Positions 1-10,265 are shown, numbered from the stretch's first letter. The stretch is 64,000 nt of DNA from Asaia bogorensis (GCA_945869965.1 CAMBRC010000003.1:27816-91815), one strand, 5' to 3'. Numbers and translations: made by a program. Notes: generated by a model from the letters alone, not told the origin.

Positions 1-57
1 ATTCCCGAGCGTGGCCCGCAGATAGGCCTGCACCCGGGCAATATCGGTTTCCTTCAC
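1..57 (-). CDS. partial CDS (N-terminus only, continues past the window start); DUF3126-like small protein
   Basis: Minus-strand GTG at 57 with an AGGAG-like RBS upstream. It reads VKETDIARVQAYLRATLGN, which resembles the N-termini of alphaproteobacterial DUF3126 proteins (recalled, not searched). Confidence 0.3.
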   Translation of the reverse strand, partial: MKETDIARVQAYLRATLGN

Positions 58-89
58 GGCGTCGCTCCTGGTCCTGATTCCCCGCCCGT

Positions 90-1193
90 CTAGCCGCCCT
101 GCCCAGGCGGGTCCAGCGGGTAGGAGGTGTCGATCACATCGCGCAAGGGCACCGGCCAGTCCACAAGCGCCGGCCCGATCTTCCGTGCGATCACCCCACA
201 CGCCATGAACCCCGCCGTATGCTCGGCCAGTGCCGGCGTCTCCGGATAAACCCGGGGCACCACATGCACCTGCAACGACATGTCGGTGCCCAGGATCTCG
301 AACCCGGTATGCGCATTGAACAGCGCGGACCAGGCAGAGTCGGAAAACCGGAAGAAATCCCACGGCAGGTCATGTAGCGCATGCGTCTGCGGCGCCCAGA
401 TGTAGCAAACCCCCCCGGTCTTCATCACCTTGTTGATCTCGACCGCCGCCTTCCACGGCATCAACAGATGCTCGAACACCGCCAGGCTCTGCACGAAATC
501 AAACGTCTCGGCCGGAAAATACCGGCTCAACTCATGTGCATCCCCAACCACATCCACCCCCGGATCGGCATGGATATCGAACACTGTGACATCGCAATGC
601 GGAAAATCCTCGCTCTTCTGCACATAGCTTCGTGCCCGTCCGCCCACGTCCAACAACGCCGGCCGTCCCCCGGTCTCCGCCGCCAACTGCCGTGTCCGAT
701 CGCGAAACTCCACCAGCTGCGTTCGTAAATCCCGCGCCCGCGCATACGGCAACACGGCGGACATCGGGAAACGGGAGACCCCATCGCGAAACCACACCAC
801 CAGAACGGCCCGGCCCATCTCAAACCCGCTCGCCACCAGCGCATCCAGCTCGAATTCCACCGCCAGCGCCGGCTGCACCGACAGGACCCGTCCGCGCTGG
901 ACCGGCGGCCCCCCGTCGATCTCGACGGCCACCCGAACCCCGGCCAACAATTCGTCGCGACTGAACCCTTCGGCATCGGCCACCACGGCATAGGCATGGA
1001 TGCGCAGGTAGCCGAAGAAGGCCTGACACTCGTCCATGTCGATCGCCGCGATCGGCCCGCCCGGCCGCCCGGTCCACACCGGCGGCACTGGTTCCGGCGC
1101 CGGCACCGGGATCGGCACAAACCCCAGCCGCCACGCCACGCCGCGCTTCACCCGCCCCAGAAAACGGCGGATATCGAAAAGCAAATTGGCCAT
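90..1193 (-). CDS. class I SAM-dependent methyltransferase with an N-terminal extension
   Basis: 367-aa ORF. The C-terminal half carries MTase-fold motifs (LLDVGGRA, FDFVQSLAVFEHL, MKTGGVCYI). Confidence 0.65.
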   Translation of the reverse strand: MANLLFDIRRFLGRVKRGVAWRLGFVPIPVPAPEPVPPVWTGRPGGPIAAIDMDECQAFFGYLRIHAYAVVADAEGFSRDELLAGVRVAVEIDGGPPVQRGRVLSVQPALAVEFELDALVASGFEMGRAVLVVWFRDGVSRFPMSAVLPYARARDLRTQLVEFRDRTRQLAAETGGRPALLDVGGRARSYVQKSEDFPHCDVTVFDIHADPGVDVVGDAHELSRYFPAETFDFVQSLAVFEHLLMPWKAAVEINKVMKTGGVCYIWAPQTHALHDLPWDFFRFSDSAWSALFNAHTGFEILGTDMSLQVHVVPRVYPETPALAEHTAGFMACGVIARKIGPALVDWPVPLRDVIDTSYPLDPPGQGG

Positions 1194-1327
1194 ACTGATC
1201 GCTTATTCACTCTTCATTAGGAAACTCAGGGTAACACGTCCTTCGCCGAAGGTGGGCAACAGCATGGCAAAACGCCGTCGCCCCGGCCGCCGTATCCCCA
1301 GCGGCTGGCCATGCCCGGCAAACGTGA

Positions 1328-2023
1328 TCAGCCAGCCGCGCAGCCCTCCCGCGCGGCTGGCGACGTGTTGGCCACAACGATCCCGATCGCCTGGGCCACC
1401 GCCGCCTGGCACGGCTCGATCACCGGCACCCCAATCGCCGCCTCGACCGCCGCGCGATGTCCGGCCATCCCGGTGCAGCCCAGGATCACCGCCCCGGCCC
1501 CTTGCGCCACCAGCGCCTGCCCGGCCGCGACCAGCGCCACCCGCGTTGCCAGCGGGTCCAGCAACGCCTCGATGGTGGTGTTCATCGCGATCTCACCGGC
1601 CAACCGATCCGCAACCCCCATACCCCGCAGCGCCAGCGCGTGGCGCGCGATCGAGGCATCGACCAGCGCGATGACCCCGAACCGCTCGGCCCGCACCAGC
1701 GCTGCCGCCACGGCACAGGCGAACACGCCGAGCACCGGCCGCGGTGTCACCTCGCGCACCGCGGCGATCCCGGGATCGGACGCACACGCCACCACGAACA
1801 CATCGGCACGCTCCCGCGCCACCGCCTGGCACAACGGCCCGACCGCTGCATGCCAGTCGCGCCACGTGTAGATCCCCGGCGGCCCGCCGGCCACCGTCAC
1901 CACCTCGATCGCCGGCCCCTCCGCCCGGCGGAACCCCGCCACGGCGGCATCGATCCCCGCACTGCACGGTGCACTCGAATTGGGGTTCAACAGCAGGATA
2001 CGTGCGCCGGAACCATTGTTCAT
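1328..2023 (-). CDS. Asp/Glu/hydantoin racemase family protein
   Basis: 231-aa ORF with ILLLNPNSS and two Cys-containing segments (VVACASDPG, ILGCTGMAG) typical of this racemase family. Confidence 0.65.
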   Translation of the reverse strand: MNNGSGARILLLNPNSSAPCSAGIDAAVAGFRRAEGPAIEVVTVAGGPPGIYTWRDWHAAVGPLCQAVARERADVFVVACASDPGIAAVREVTPRPVLGVFACAVAAALVRAERFGVIALVDASIARHALALRGMGVADRLAGEIAMNTTIEALLDPLATRVALVAAGQALVAQGAGAVILGCTGMAGHRAAVEAAIGVPVIEPCQAAVAQAIGIVVANTSPAAREGCAAG

Positions 2024-2138
2024 GCTAAACTCCGCTTCGCAATTCGCGCATCAAGGCGCTATATATTGCACCGCACCATCGCGCTCGCCGATGCACTCCG
2101 CATCCGGTGTAAACCCTGGCGCCACCGGAGGGTAGAAT

Positions 2139-2570
2139 TTGCCCGACACCACGGCTCCCGTCCGCTGGCATTCCGCGGACGCCGCGGCGCCCGACATGGC
2201 CGACCCGATGCCGGCAATGGCCATCGCGATGCGGCGCGGCGCGCGCGGCGCCTGCCCATCCTGTGGCCAGGGCCGGTTGTTCAGCGGCTGGCTGCGCGTA
2301 TCCGACACGTGTTCGCGCTGCGACGCCCCGCTCGGCCAGGTGCGCGCCGATGATGCACCGCCGTATTTCACCATCTTTGCCGTCGGCCATGTGGTGATCC
2401 CTGGCATGCTGTGGTTGGAAAAGGCCTACAAACCGGACCTCTGGATTCACACCGCCATCTGGGTGCCGCTGACCCTGGTGATGGCGCTCGGGCTGATGCG
2501 GCCGGTCAAGGGTGCGACGATCGGGCTAATGCTGAAGCTCGGCTTCGGGCGCAATACCGGCAATGCCTGA
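2139..2570 (+). CDS. DUF983 domain-containing membrane protein
   Basis: Zinc-ribbon-like CPSCGQGRLF...CSRCDAPL followed by two hydrophobic helices; size is typical of DUF983. Confidence 0.6.
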   Translation: MPDTTAPVRWHSADAAAPDMADPMPAMAIAMRRGARGACPSCGQGRLFSGWLRVSDTCSRCDAPLGQVRADDAPPYFTIFAVGHVVIPGMLWLEKAYKPDLWIHTAIWVPLTLVMALGLMRPVKGATIGLMLKLGFGRNTGNA

Positions 2571-3081
2571 CCGGTACAGTCCCAACCGGCACCTTACCAA
2601 CGCCACGCTGCTGCCGGCAACGCTGCGCCGGCTGGTGCTGGAGGGCGAGGCGCTGACCCGGCTGTCGCCGCTGCTGGAGGCCGACCGCGCCCAGGCGGTG
2701 CATGACCTGCTGGTGGAGAACCGCTTCTCGCCGGTGCGCGCCAATGTCGACGGCCCCTTTGCGCTGCGCCTGTCGATCGCCGAGGGGCGGCTGACCTTCG
2801 ACATCCGCGCTGACGACGACTCGCCGCTGCACATTGTCGCCCTCGCCCTCGGGCCGTTTCGCCGGCTGATCAAGGACTATCAAATGCTGGTCGACAGCCA
2901 TGTGCTGGCGATCCAGGAAGGCCGCGAGGCGCGCATCCAGGCGATCGACATGGGGCGGCGCGGGCTGCACAACGAGGGCGCCGAACTGCTGATCGAACGC
3001 CTGGCCGGCAAGATTACCATTGATTTTCCGACCGCAAGGCGGCTTTTCACCCTGGTGTGCGTGCTGCACCAGCGGATCTGA
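2563..3081 (+). CDS. UPF0262 family protein
   Basis: 172-aa ORF overlapping the upstream gene by 8 nt. AVHDLLVENRFSPV...GPFALRLSIAEGRLTFDIR matches the UPF0262 pattern. Confidence 0.65.
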   Translation: MPDRYSPNRHLTNATLLPATLRRLVLEGEALTRLSPLLEADRAQAVHDLLVENRFSPVRANVDGPFALRLSIAEGRLTFDIRADDDSPLHIVALALGPFRRLIKDYQMLVDSHVLAIQEGREARIQAIDMGRRGLHNEGAELLIERLAGKITIDFPTARRLFTLVCVLHQRI

Positions 3082-3100
3082 GCGTGAGGACCCCCCCCGG

Positions 3101-3128
3101 ATGAAGACCCTGGCATGAAGACCCTGGC

Positions 3129-3142
<14 letters not shown>
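3101..3142 (+). repeat. 14-bp tandem repeat (ATGAAGACCCTGGC x2 plus a diverged third unit) ending at the mtnA start codon
   Basis: Read directly. ATGs at 3101, 3115 and 3129; the first two each open a MKTLA-stop mini-ORF whose TGA overlaps the next ATG. Confidence 0.9.
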
Positions 3143-4220
<1,078 letters not shown>

Positions 4221-4272
4221 ATGGCTGGCTTGTCACAATTCCGCTCTTGCGGCCGAGCCGGCGCGGTGGCCA

Positions 4273-4893
4273 TTGTGTGGCCAGGAACCATGTCCCGGGA
4301 GTGCGTCGTCGTTGGATGAACTGGCCCATATCTGGAGCGAGTGGGGCCACCTGGCCTATGTCGGGGCTTTCATTTGGTCGTTCTTCGAGGGTGAGACCTT
4401 CGTCCTGCTGGCCTCCGCCCTCGGACACTCCACCGGGATGGTGGACCCGTGGATCCTCATGTTCACGGTCTGGATCGGCTCATTCCTGGGCGACCAGTGC
4501 TGGTTCTTCCTCGGCCGGCGATACGGCGTGCGCGTGGTCCGGCGCATCCCCGGCGCCGAGGCCAAGGTGCTCAAGGCGGTCGATTTCGTCGAGCGCTTCG
4601 GCCCCGCTTTCATCCTGAGTTTCAGGTTCGCCTATGGCATCCGCAACGTCGCCTCGGTGGCCTGCGGCATGACCTTGATGAGCTATTTCTACTTCGCCGG
4701 CCTGAACTTCATCGCCGCCGGCATCTGGGCGGCCAGCTTCGTCGCCGCCGGCTGGTTCCTGGCCGAAGCCTTCGGGGCCCATAATGTTGGCTGGGTGCTG
4801 GGCGGCATCGGGCTTTTCGTGATCGGCGGGCTGATCTGGCGTGCCCGCGCCGCCCGCAAGCGCGCCGCTGTGGAGCCTGTCACCACCGGCTGA
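4273..4893 (+). CDS. DedA family membrane protein
   Basis: 206 aa with the FFEGETFVLLA and GDQCWFFLGRRYG motifs and several TM helices. The exact start is uncertain. Confidence 0.65.
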   Translation: MCGQEPCPGSASSLDELAHIWSEWGHLAYVGAFIWSFFEGETFVLLASALGHSTGMVDPWILMFTVWIGSFLGDQCWFFLGRRYGVRVVRRIPGAEAKVLKAVDFVERFGPAFILSFRFAYGIRNVASVACGMTLMSYFYFAGLNFIAAGIWAASFVAAGWFLAEAFGAHNVGWVLGGIGLFVIGGLIWRARAARKRAAVEPVTTG

Positions 4894-4915
4894 GGTCCAA
4901 AGACGGAGCATCCGC

Positions 4916-5698
4916 ATGACCCTGTCGCCCGCCGAAGCCATGGTCCTGCTGGACCCCGACGACAATGACGGCATCCCGGCGGCCAAGGTCACCTTTCTTG
5001 CCCTACTGGCCGAGGGCGTGCTGAAACAGCAACACACCGCCGGGCGCTTCTTCGGCAGCACCACCCGGCTCGTGCTGGCCCGCCCGCCGGCCGAAAACCC
5101 CCCGCATGTCGCAGCCGTACTCGATGCGGTGCGGGCCAGCACATCCGCCACCGTCGCCGACGTGGCCAGCCGCCTGTCCAAGGCGACCAAGGGCTTCGCC
5201 ACCTTCATCCCCGCCCTGGTCCGCCCCCGCCTGCTCCAGCGCAGCCTGCTGGCCGAACGCCAGCACCAGGAGCAGCGCCGCGTGCTGTTCTTCTTCCGCC
5301 GCACCGTCACCACCAGCACCTTTCACGCCACCGAGGCCGGCGCGCGCGAACAAGCCAGGCTGCGCAGCCAGCTGGATGCAGCACCGGCAATCCGCGCGAT
5401 GCTCGACCAAGACCCCGGCCGGGCCGCGGCAATGGCCGCCTCGCTCGGCGTACTGATCCTGCTGGTGCCGGTGCTGCTGCCGTTCCTCGGCCAGATCGCC
5501 AGCGCGATGACCCTGCACAACCCGGTGTCAGGCGACAGCAGCGACAGCGGCGGCGACTTCTCCTGGATGACCTCGGCGGATGCCATCTCGTCGGACCTCG
5601 ACGCTTCGTTCGACAGCGCGCTGTCCGACGCCGCCTCGGAAAGCAGTTCCGATAGCAGCAGTTCCGATAGCGGCGGCAGCGACGGCGGCGGCGAGTAG
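4916..5698 (+). CDS. hypothetical membrane protein with a Ser/Asp-rich acidic C-terminal tail
   Basis: ATG at 4916 with GGAG 7 nt upstream. One hydrophobic segment (LGVLILLVPVLLPFLG) and a tail reading SSDSSSSDSGGSDGGGE. The architecture loosely resembles TIGR04222-type proteins (unverified). Confidence 0.4.
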   Translation: MTLSPAEAMVLLDPDDNDGIPAAKVTFLALLAEGVLKQQHTAGRFFGSTTRLVLARPPAENPPHVAAVLDAVRASTSATVADVASRLSKATKGFATFIPALVRPRLLQRSLLAERQHQEQRRVLFFFRRTVTTSTFHATEAGAREQARLRSQLDAAPAIRAMLDQDPGRAAAMAASLGVLILLVPVLLPFLGQIASAMTLHNPVSGDSSDSGGDFSWMTSADAISSDLDASFDSALSDAASESSSDSSSSDSGGSDGGGE

Positions 5699-6079
5699 CT
5701 ACTCGACGTCGAGATCCAGCACCGGGCTCGCCAGCACCTCGGCCAGCATCGCCAACGCCTCGGCCCGCTCGCCTCGCCCCAGCGCCCCGCGCGCCTCGGC
5801 CAGCAGCCGCACCACCGCCTGATCGCTCGGCACCCCGGCGCGCGACGGTCGCACCGAACGGACCAGCACCCGGCTCTCCGCCCGCTCGATCGCCTCCAGC
5901 GCTTCCCCGAGGCGGCCGACCGCAATCGCGGTGCGCGCGGCGGTGACAAAGGCGCTCGGCGCCGCCTCATCGGCCACCGCCGGGACCGGCAACGGCACCA
6001 ATGGCACCTGGTCTGCCGCGGGCGCGCTCTGCGCCAGCAGCAACACTGCAATCGCCATCGCCTTCATCCGAACCTCCAA
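5699..6079 (-). CDS. hypothetical secreted protein
   Basis: 126-aa ORF with signal-peptide-like MKAMAIAVLLLAQSAPA; the remainder is Ala/Arg-rich and helical. Its stop codon abuts the stop of the convergent gene. Confidence 0.4.
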   Translation of the reverse strand: MEVRMKAMAIAVLLLAQSAPAADQVPLVPLPVPAVADEAAPSAFVTAARTAIAVGRLGEALEAIERAESRVLVRSVRPSRAGVPSDQAVVRLLAEARGALGRGERAEALAMLAEVLASPVLDLDVE

Positions 6080-6133
6080 TCGCCATCATGGGCCAGCACC
6101 GCGTCCTCTGCCATGCGCCAGGTCAACGCCCGG

Positions 6134-6523
6134 TTACCCCTCCAGCCGAAACGCGTCGGCAATCCGCCGCACCGCCCCCCGGGCATCGACCAGCAGCACA
6201 TCGAACCGCACCCCGGCCGCCCCCCAGCCAGGGTTTTCCGCCAACAGGATCTCCGCCGCAGCGATCAGCCGCCCGCGTTGCTTCGCCCCCAACGCCAGTG
6301 CTGCATCCGCCAGCCGCGCCCGCCGCTTGACCTCGATGATCGCCAGCAGCCCATCGCGCTCTGCCACCAGATCGACCTCACCCGCCGGCGTGCGCAACCG
6401 CTGCCCCAGCACCGTCCAGCCATCCGCCTCCAACGCCTTGGCCGCCACCGCCTCGGCCGCCACCCCGCCCGCCTGGTTGGCCCGCCCCCGCAGAGCCCGG
6501 CGCGTTTCAGCCACCCGAGGCAA
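6134..6523 (-). CDS. YraN family protein (UPF0102, endonuclease-like fold)
   Basis: GEVDLVAERDGLLAIIEVKRR motif and a size of about 129 aa. Confidence 0.65.
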   Translation of the reverse strand: MPRVAETRRALRGRANQAGGVAAEAVAAKALEADGWTVLGQRLRTPAGEVDLVAERDGLLAIIEVKRRARLADAALALGAKQRGRLIAAAEILLAENPGWGAAGVRFDVLLVDARGAVRRIADAFRLEG

Positions 6524-7796
6524 ACCCCGCCGCCCGGTCGCGCCCGATCAACGCCAACCCCTCGGCCACCGAGACGAATTCGCCGCCGGTGCTGACCCGC
6601 GCCGCCCCGAACCGGTCGTCGAACAGCCGCCGCACCGCCGGCACGAAGCTGGTCCCCCCGGTCAGGAACACATGGTCGATCGCCGGCGCCCCCGCCTGCT
6701 CGATCACCCGGTCCACCGCATCGCCGAATTGCGCCATATCCGCGTCGATCCAGCCCTCGAACTGTTCACGCGTGATCGTCACATTGATGTCCAGATCCTT
6801 GTGCTGGAACGAAAGCCTGGTCGTCTCCTCCGAGGACAGCGCCGCCTTCGCCGCCGAGACGGTCTGATACAGCCGATACCCCATCTCGTCCTCGATCAGC
6901 GCGACCAGGTTGCCCAGCCGGTGCGGGTCCTCCACGCCCCGCATCACCTCGCGCATCTCGCGCAGCGTCTTCGGATTGCGCATCAGCGACAGCCGGTGCC
7001 AGCGCGCGAATGCCGAAAACCAGTCCGGCGGCACCGGCAGCGCCGACCCGCCCATGACCCGGTACGTCGTGCCCTTGCCCAGCCGCGGCGAAATCACCGC
7101 GTCGATGATGCGATAGTCGAACACGTCGCCGGCAATCCCGACGCCGGAATGCCCCAGCGGCTCTACACCTTTCCCAGGCACAAACCGCAGCACCGAGAAA
7201 TCGCTCGTGCCCCCCCCGAAATCGCCGATCAGAACGGTCGCCGGCGCATCCAGCGTGCGCGCAAACCGATACCCCGCCCCCTCCGGCTCATAGGCCACAT
7301 CGATCGCCGCCATCCCCGCCTCGGCAAACGCCGCCCGCAGCCGCGCCTCGCCGAACGCATCGTCGGTCCGCTCGCCGGCAAACCGCACCGGCCGCCCGGC
7401 GATCACCCGCAGTCCGGACCCATTCCCCTGGGGCACCACCCCCGCCGCCGCCAGGAAGCTGCGCAGGAACGTGGCGATCAGCATCTCCAGCGTCGTCCGC
7501 CGCCCGAAAATGCTGGTCTCGACGAAGCTGCGCTGCGCCAGGTAGGTCTTCATCGACATGATCAGCCGGCTGTCCAGGGGATCGTCCAGATATGCCTCGA
7601 TCGCCGCCGGCCCGGCCTCGTGCCGCAGCCGGCTGCCCTGCGCCGCGTCCGGCCCATAGCTCTCGGCCCAGAAACACAGCACCGAGCGGAACACATCCTG
7701 CGTCCCGAACCGCGCCGTCGTGGTGGTGCCATCAGCGTTGAGCAGGGCCAGCACGGTATTGGTAGTGCCGAAATCAATGCCGAGCACGGGATTCAT
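6507..7796 (-). CDS. Hsp70 family protein (YegD-like putative chaperone)
   Basis: Start taken at MNPVLGIDFGTTNT (ATG at 7796). Actin-like ATPase motifs are present: GIDFGTTNT, DFGGGTSDF, FLTGGTSFVP. Confidence 0.75.
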   Translation of the reverse strand: MNPVLGIDFGTTNTVLALLNADGTTTTARFGTQDVFRSVLCFWAESYGPDAAQGSRLRHEAGPAAIEAYLDDPLDSRLIMSMKTYLAQRSFVETSIFGRRTTLEMLIATFLRSFLAAAGVVPQGNGSGLRVIAGRPVRFAGERTDDAFGEARLRAAFAEAGMAAIDVAYEPEGAGYRFARTLDAPATVLIGDFGGGTSDFSVLRFVPGKGVEPLGHSGVGIAGDVFDYRIIDAVISPRLGKGTTYRVMGGSALPVPPDWFSAFARWHRLSLMRNPKTLREMREVMRGVEDPHRLGNLVALIEDEMGYRLYQTVSAAKAALSSEETTRLSFQHKDLDINVTITREQFEGWIDADMAQFGDAVDRVIEQAGAPAIDHVFLTGGTSFVPAVRRLFDDRFGAARVSTGGEFVSVAEGLALIGRDRAAGFASGG

Positions 7797-7861
7797 GGGG
7801 CGCTTCCGGGCGAGAGGGCCGCGGGTTTGAGCGCACCCCACGCCCAATGGCAAGCCCCGCC

Positions 7862-8212
7862 TCAGAACCGCTCCTCGCCCACCTTCCGCACCGCATCGGG
7901 AAAATCGCGATACAGCGCGAAGGTCACGTTCTGCACCAGCGAATTGACCCCGTGATGGTGCCCCTCCACCGGCTCGCCCCGCCCCGCCACATGCTGAAAC
8001 GCCGCCTCCAGCTGCGCCAGGTCGCGCACCTCGATCATCAAATGCCAGTCGCCCATGCCCTTCAACCCAAAGCCCAGCTTGGCCCGCGTCAGCCGCCAGC
8101 CGGCAATCATCCCGCCATCGCGCAGATGCCCCATGTAGCGCTCGACGGCAGCGGTGAACGCCATGTCGGAAACGCCGGGCCGCGTGTCACAGTAGACGTG
8201 GTAGATGTCCAT
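7862..8212 (-). CDS. hypothetical small protein (conserved alpha+beta type, family not recognised with certainty)
   Basis: 116-aa ORF with host-like codon usage and clean boundaries. Confidence 0.45.
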   Translation of the reverse strand: MDIYHVYCDTRPGVSDMAFTAAVERYMGHLRDGGMIAGWRLTRAKLGFGLKGMGDWHLMIEVRDLAQLEAAFQHVAGRGEPVEGHHHGVNSLVQNVTFALYRDFPDAVRKVGEERF

Positions 8213-8221
8213 AAAAGCCTC

Positions 8222-8352
8222 TCAAGAAAGCGGTTCTTTTTTGAAAAAAAGAACCAAAAAACTTTTATCCCTGGCGCGGATGCCAGTCGCCGACGCTCGG
8301 GCAAAAGTCATAAAGTTTTTTTGCTTCTTTTTGTTCACAAAAAGAAGGCCTT
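8222..8352. repeat. full-length AT-rich double-hairpin element (copy A)
   Basis: Hairpin GGTTCTTTTTTGAAAAAAAGAACC (8232-8255), tail CAAAAAACTTTTAT, GC-rich core containing TGCCAGTCGCC, inverted tail ATAAAGTTTTTTT, then hairpin CTTCTTTTTGTTCACAAAAAGAAG (8324-8347). It fills the whole intergenic gap. Confidence 0.85.
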
Positions 8353-8354
8353 CC

Positions 8355-9419
8355 TTACAAAGCATCATCCGCCCCCAACCCCGGCCGGCTGCTCCATTCC
8401 GCCACCAACGTGAACCCCACCGCCAGCAGCACCGGCCCGACGAACACCCCCAGCAGTCCGAACGCGATCGCGCCCCCGAGCACGCCCAGCATCGTCAACA
8501 GGAACGGCAACTGCGCCCCGCGCGCGATGAAGTATGGCCGGACGAAATTGTCCGACATGCTGATCACCCCGCCGCCCCAGGCCAGCATGAAGATACCCCA
8601 GCCGGTCTCCCCGCTGGCCAACAGCCACAGCCCGGCCGGCAGCCAGATCACCGGCGCCCCGATCGGCAGCACCGATAGCGCGCCGGCCACTACGCCCAGA
8701 AGCCCCGGCCGCGGCACCCCGGAAAGCCACAGCCCGAAGGTGGTCAGCATCCCCTGCACAATCGCGGTGCCGAGAATGCCATAGACCACGCCGCGCACCG
8801 TGCCGCCGGTCACCGTGATCAGCCGGTCCGCCTGCCCGCCGGCAATCCGCCGCAGCGTCACCGTCAGCCGCGCCGACAGCACGTCGCCGGAGACATATAG
8901 AAAGAACGCGACGAACAGCGACAACAGGAATTCCAGCACCCCATTGGCCAGTCCGAGCAGCAGCCGCAGGCCGAACTGCACGCCGATGCCGAAATATGGC
9001 TGGAAGAATGTCACCATCGCCGTCAGATCATCCGCCCAGCGGTTCCACAGCGCCGCGGCATTGGCGCCGGCCAGTGGTATCTCGCCAAGCCACGCCGGCG
9101 CCTGCGGCATCCCGCCCTTCATCGCCTCGCTGAGCGCGCGCTCGATCTGCTGCACATCTTCCGCCCCGCCCGGCGCCGCCAACGCCAGCGGCAACACCAC
9201 CACCACGGCGGTAATCAGCACCATCAGCAGCGCCGCACTGGCCGGACCCAGCCGCAGCCGGTCGCGCAGCGCGGTATAGGCTGGCCAGGTGGTGAAAGTC
9301 AGGATCAAGGCCCACAGGATCGCCGACAAAAACGGCGCCAGCACGAAGGCACAGCCGAGCGCCACGCCGCCCAGCAACATCCCCATCAGGATTCGTTCGG
9401 CTACCATCTGCGCCTCCAT
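8355..9419 (-). CDS. AI-2E family transporter (PerM-like permease)
   Basis: The real gene starts at MEAQMVAERIL (ATG at 9419). The 578-aa track ORF is an upstream over-extension. The protein is a multi-TM protein with the AI-2E pattern. Confidence 0.7.
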   Translation of the reverse strand: MEAQMVAERILMGMLLGGVALGCAFVLAPFLSAILWALILTFTTWPAYTALRDRLRLGPASAALLMVLITAVVVVLPLALAAPGGAEDVQQIERALSEAMKGGMPQAPAWLGEIPLAGANAAALWNRWADDLTAMVTFFQPYFGIGVQFGLRLLLGLANGVLEFLLSLFVAFFLYVSGDVLSARLTVTLRRIAGGQADRLITVTGGTVRGVVYGILGTAIVQGMLTTFGLWLSGVPRPGLLGVVAGALSVLPIGAPVIWLPAGLWLLASGETGWGIFMLAWGGGVISMSDNFVRPYFIARGAQLPFLLTMLGVLGGAIAFGLLGVFVGPVLLAVGFTLVAEWSSRPGLGADDAL

Positions 9420-9485
9420 TGCCCCGCCGATATGGACCAGCACCGCCGCGGAGGCTAGCCTGCGCCGCTCCGGGGAGGAGCCATC

Positions 9486-10265
9486 ATGCCGAAGCTCGCA
9501 GCCAATCTGTCGATGATGTTCAACGAGGTGGCTTTCCTCGACCGTTTCGACGCCGCCGCGAAAGCCGGCTTCACGGCGGTGGAGTTCCTGTTCCCATACG
9601 ACTTCCCGGCCATCGAGCTGAAGCGCCGACTGGACGCCAACGGCCTGACCCAGGCGTTGTTCAACATGCCTCCCGGTGACTGGGCCAATGGGGAGCGCGG
9701 CCTCGCCTCGCTGCCCGGAAGGCAACAGGAATTCCGCGACAGCGTGAAAAAAGCGCTGGAATACGCTGATATTTTGGATTCCAAGCTGATCCACTGCATG
9801 GCCGGCATCCCGCCCGCCGGCACCCATCCGGTCACCGCCGCCGCGCTGTACGCCAGCAACCTCGCCTGGGCCGGCGAACACGCCAAGGCCGCCGGCCGCC
9901 GCCTCGCCCTGGAGCCGATCAACCACCGCGACATGCCGGGCTTCCACCTCAACACGGTGGAACAGGGAGCGGCCGTGGTGGATGCCATCGGCATCGACCG
10001 CGTCGGCCTGCAATTCGACATTTACCACACCCAGATCACCCAGGGCGACGTGACCAAGCGCATGGAGGCGCTGTTCTCCCGCATCGTTCACATGCAGATC
10101 GCCGACGTGCCCGCCCGCAACGAGCCCGGCACCGGCGAGATCGGCTGGGAGTTCGTCCTGCGCCGCATCGACGAGCTGGGCTACACGGGCTTCGTCGGCT
10201 GCGAATACCGCCCGGCCGGCGACACCGTGGCCGGGCTAGCGTGGCGGAAGCGCTTCGGTGTCTGA
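9486..10265 (+). CDS. hyi: hydroxypyruvate isomerase
   Basis: 259 aa, collinear with E. coli Hyi from memory (ANLSMMF...FPYDF...EPINH...QFDIYH...HMQIAD...GTGEI). GGAGGAG RBS upstream. Confidence 0.85.
   Translation: MPKLAANLSMMFNEVAFLDRFDAAAKAGFTAVEFLFPYDFPAIELKRRLDANGLTQALFNMPPGDWANGERGLASLPGRQQEFRDSVKKALEYADILDSKLIHCMAGIPPAGTHPVTAAALYASNLAWAGEHAKAAGRRLALEPINHRDMPGFHLNTVEQGAAVVDAIGIDRVGLQFDIYHTQITQGDVTKRMEALFSRIVHMQIADVPARNEPGTGEIGWEFVLRRIDELGYTGFVGCEYRPAGDTVAGLAWRKRFGV

Noticed and set aside
5931-7955. 674-aa plus-strand ORF, one of many very long ORFs in the track (others include 2880-4214 minus, 17997-19442 minus, 21952-23928 minus, 29910-31901 plus, 37089-39323 plus, 57849-59915 minus and 59644-61089 minus)
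   Set aside because: They run antisense to, or out of frame with, genes that have strong family motifs. Their products are Arg/Pro/Gly/Ala-rich low-complexity strings typical of stop-codon-poor high-GC DNA. They show no recognisable domains.
8205-8678. ORFs carrying peptides such as FFEKKNQKTF, LLLFVHKKK and FLVLFFKKE (also at 14501, 27708, 26717-27895 and 58709-59539)
   Set aside because: These peptides are translations of the AT-rich hairpin repeat. The same nucleotide element recurs in both orientations and in different frames, so this is a DNA/RNA-level repeat, not a conserved protein.
8355-10091. 578-aa minus-strand ORF that suggests a much larger AI-2E-family protein
   Set aside because: Only the C-terminal 354 residues (from MEAQMVAERIL, ATG at 9419) look like the transporter. 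The N-terminal extension is antisense to hyi, which is unambiguous.
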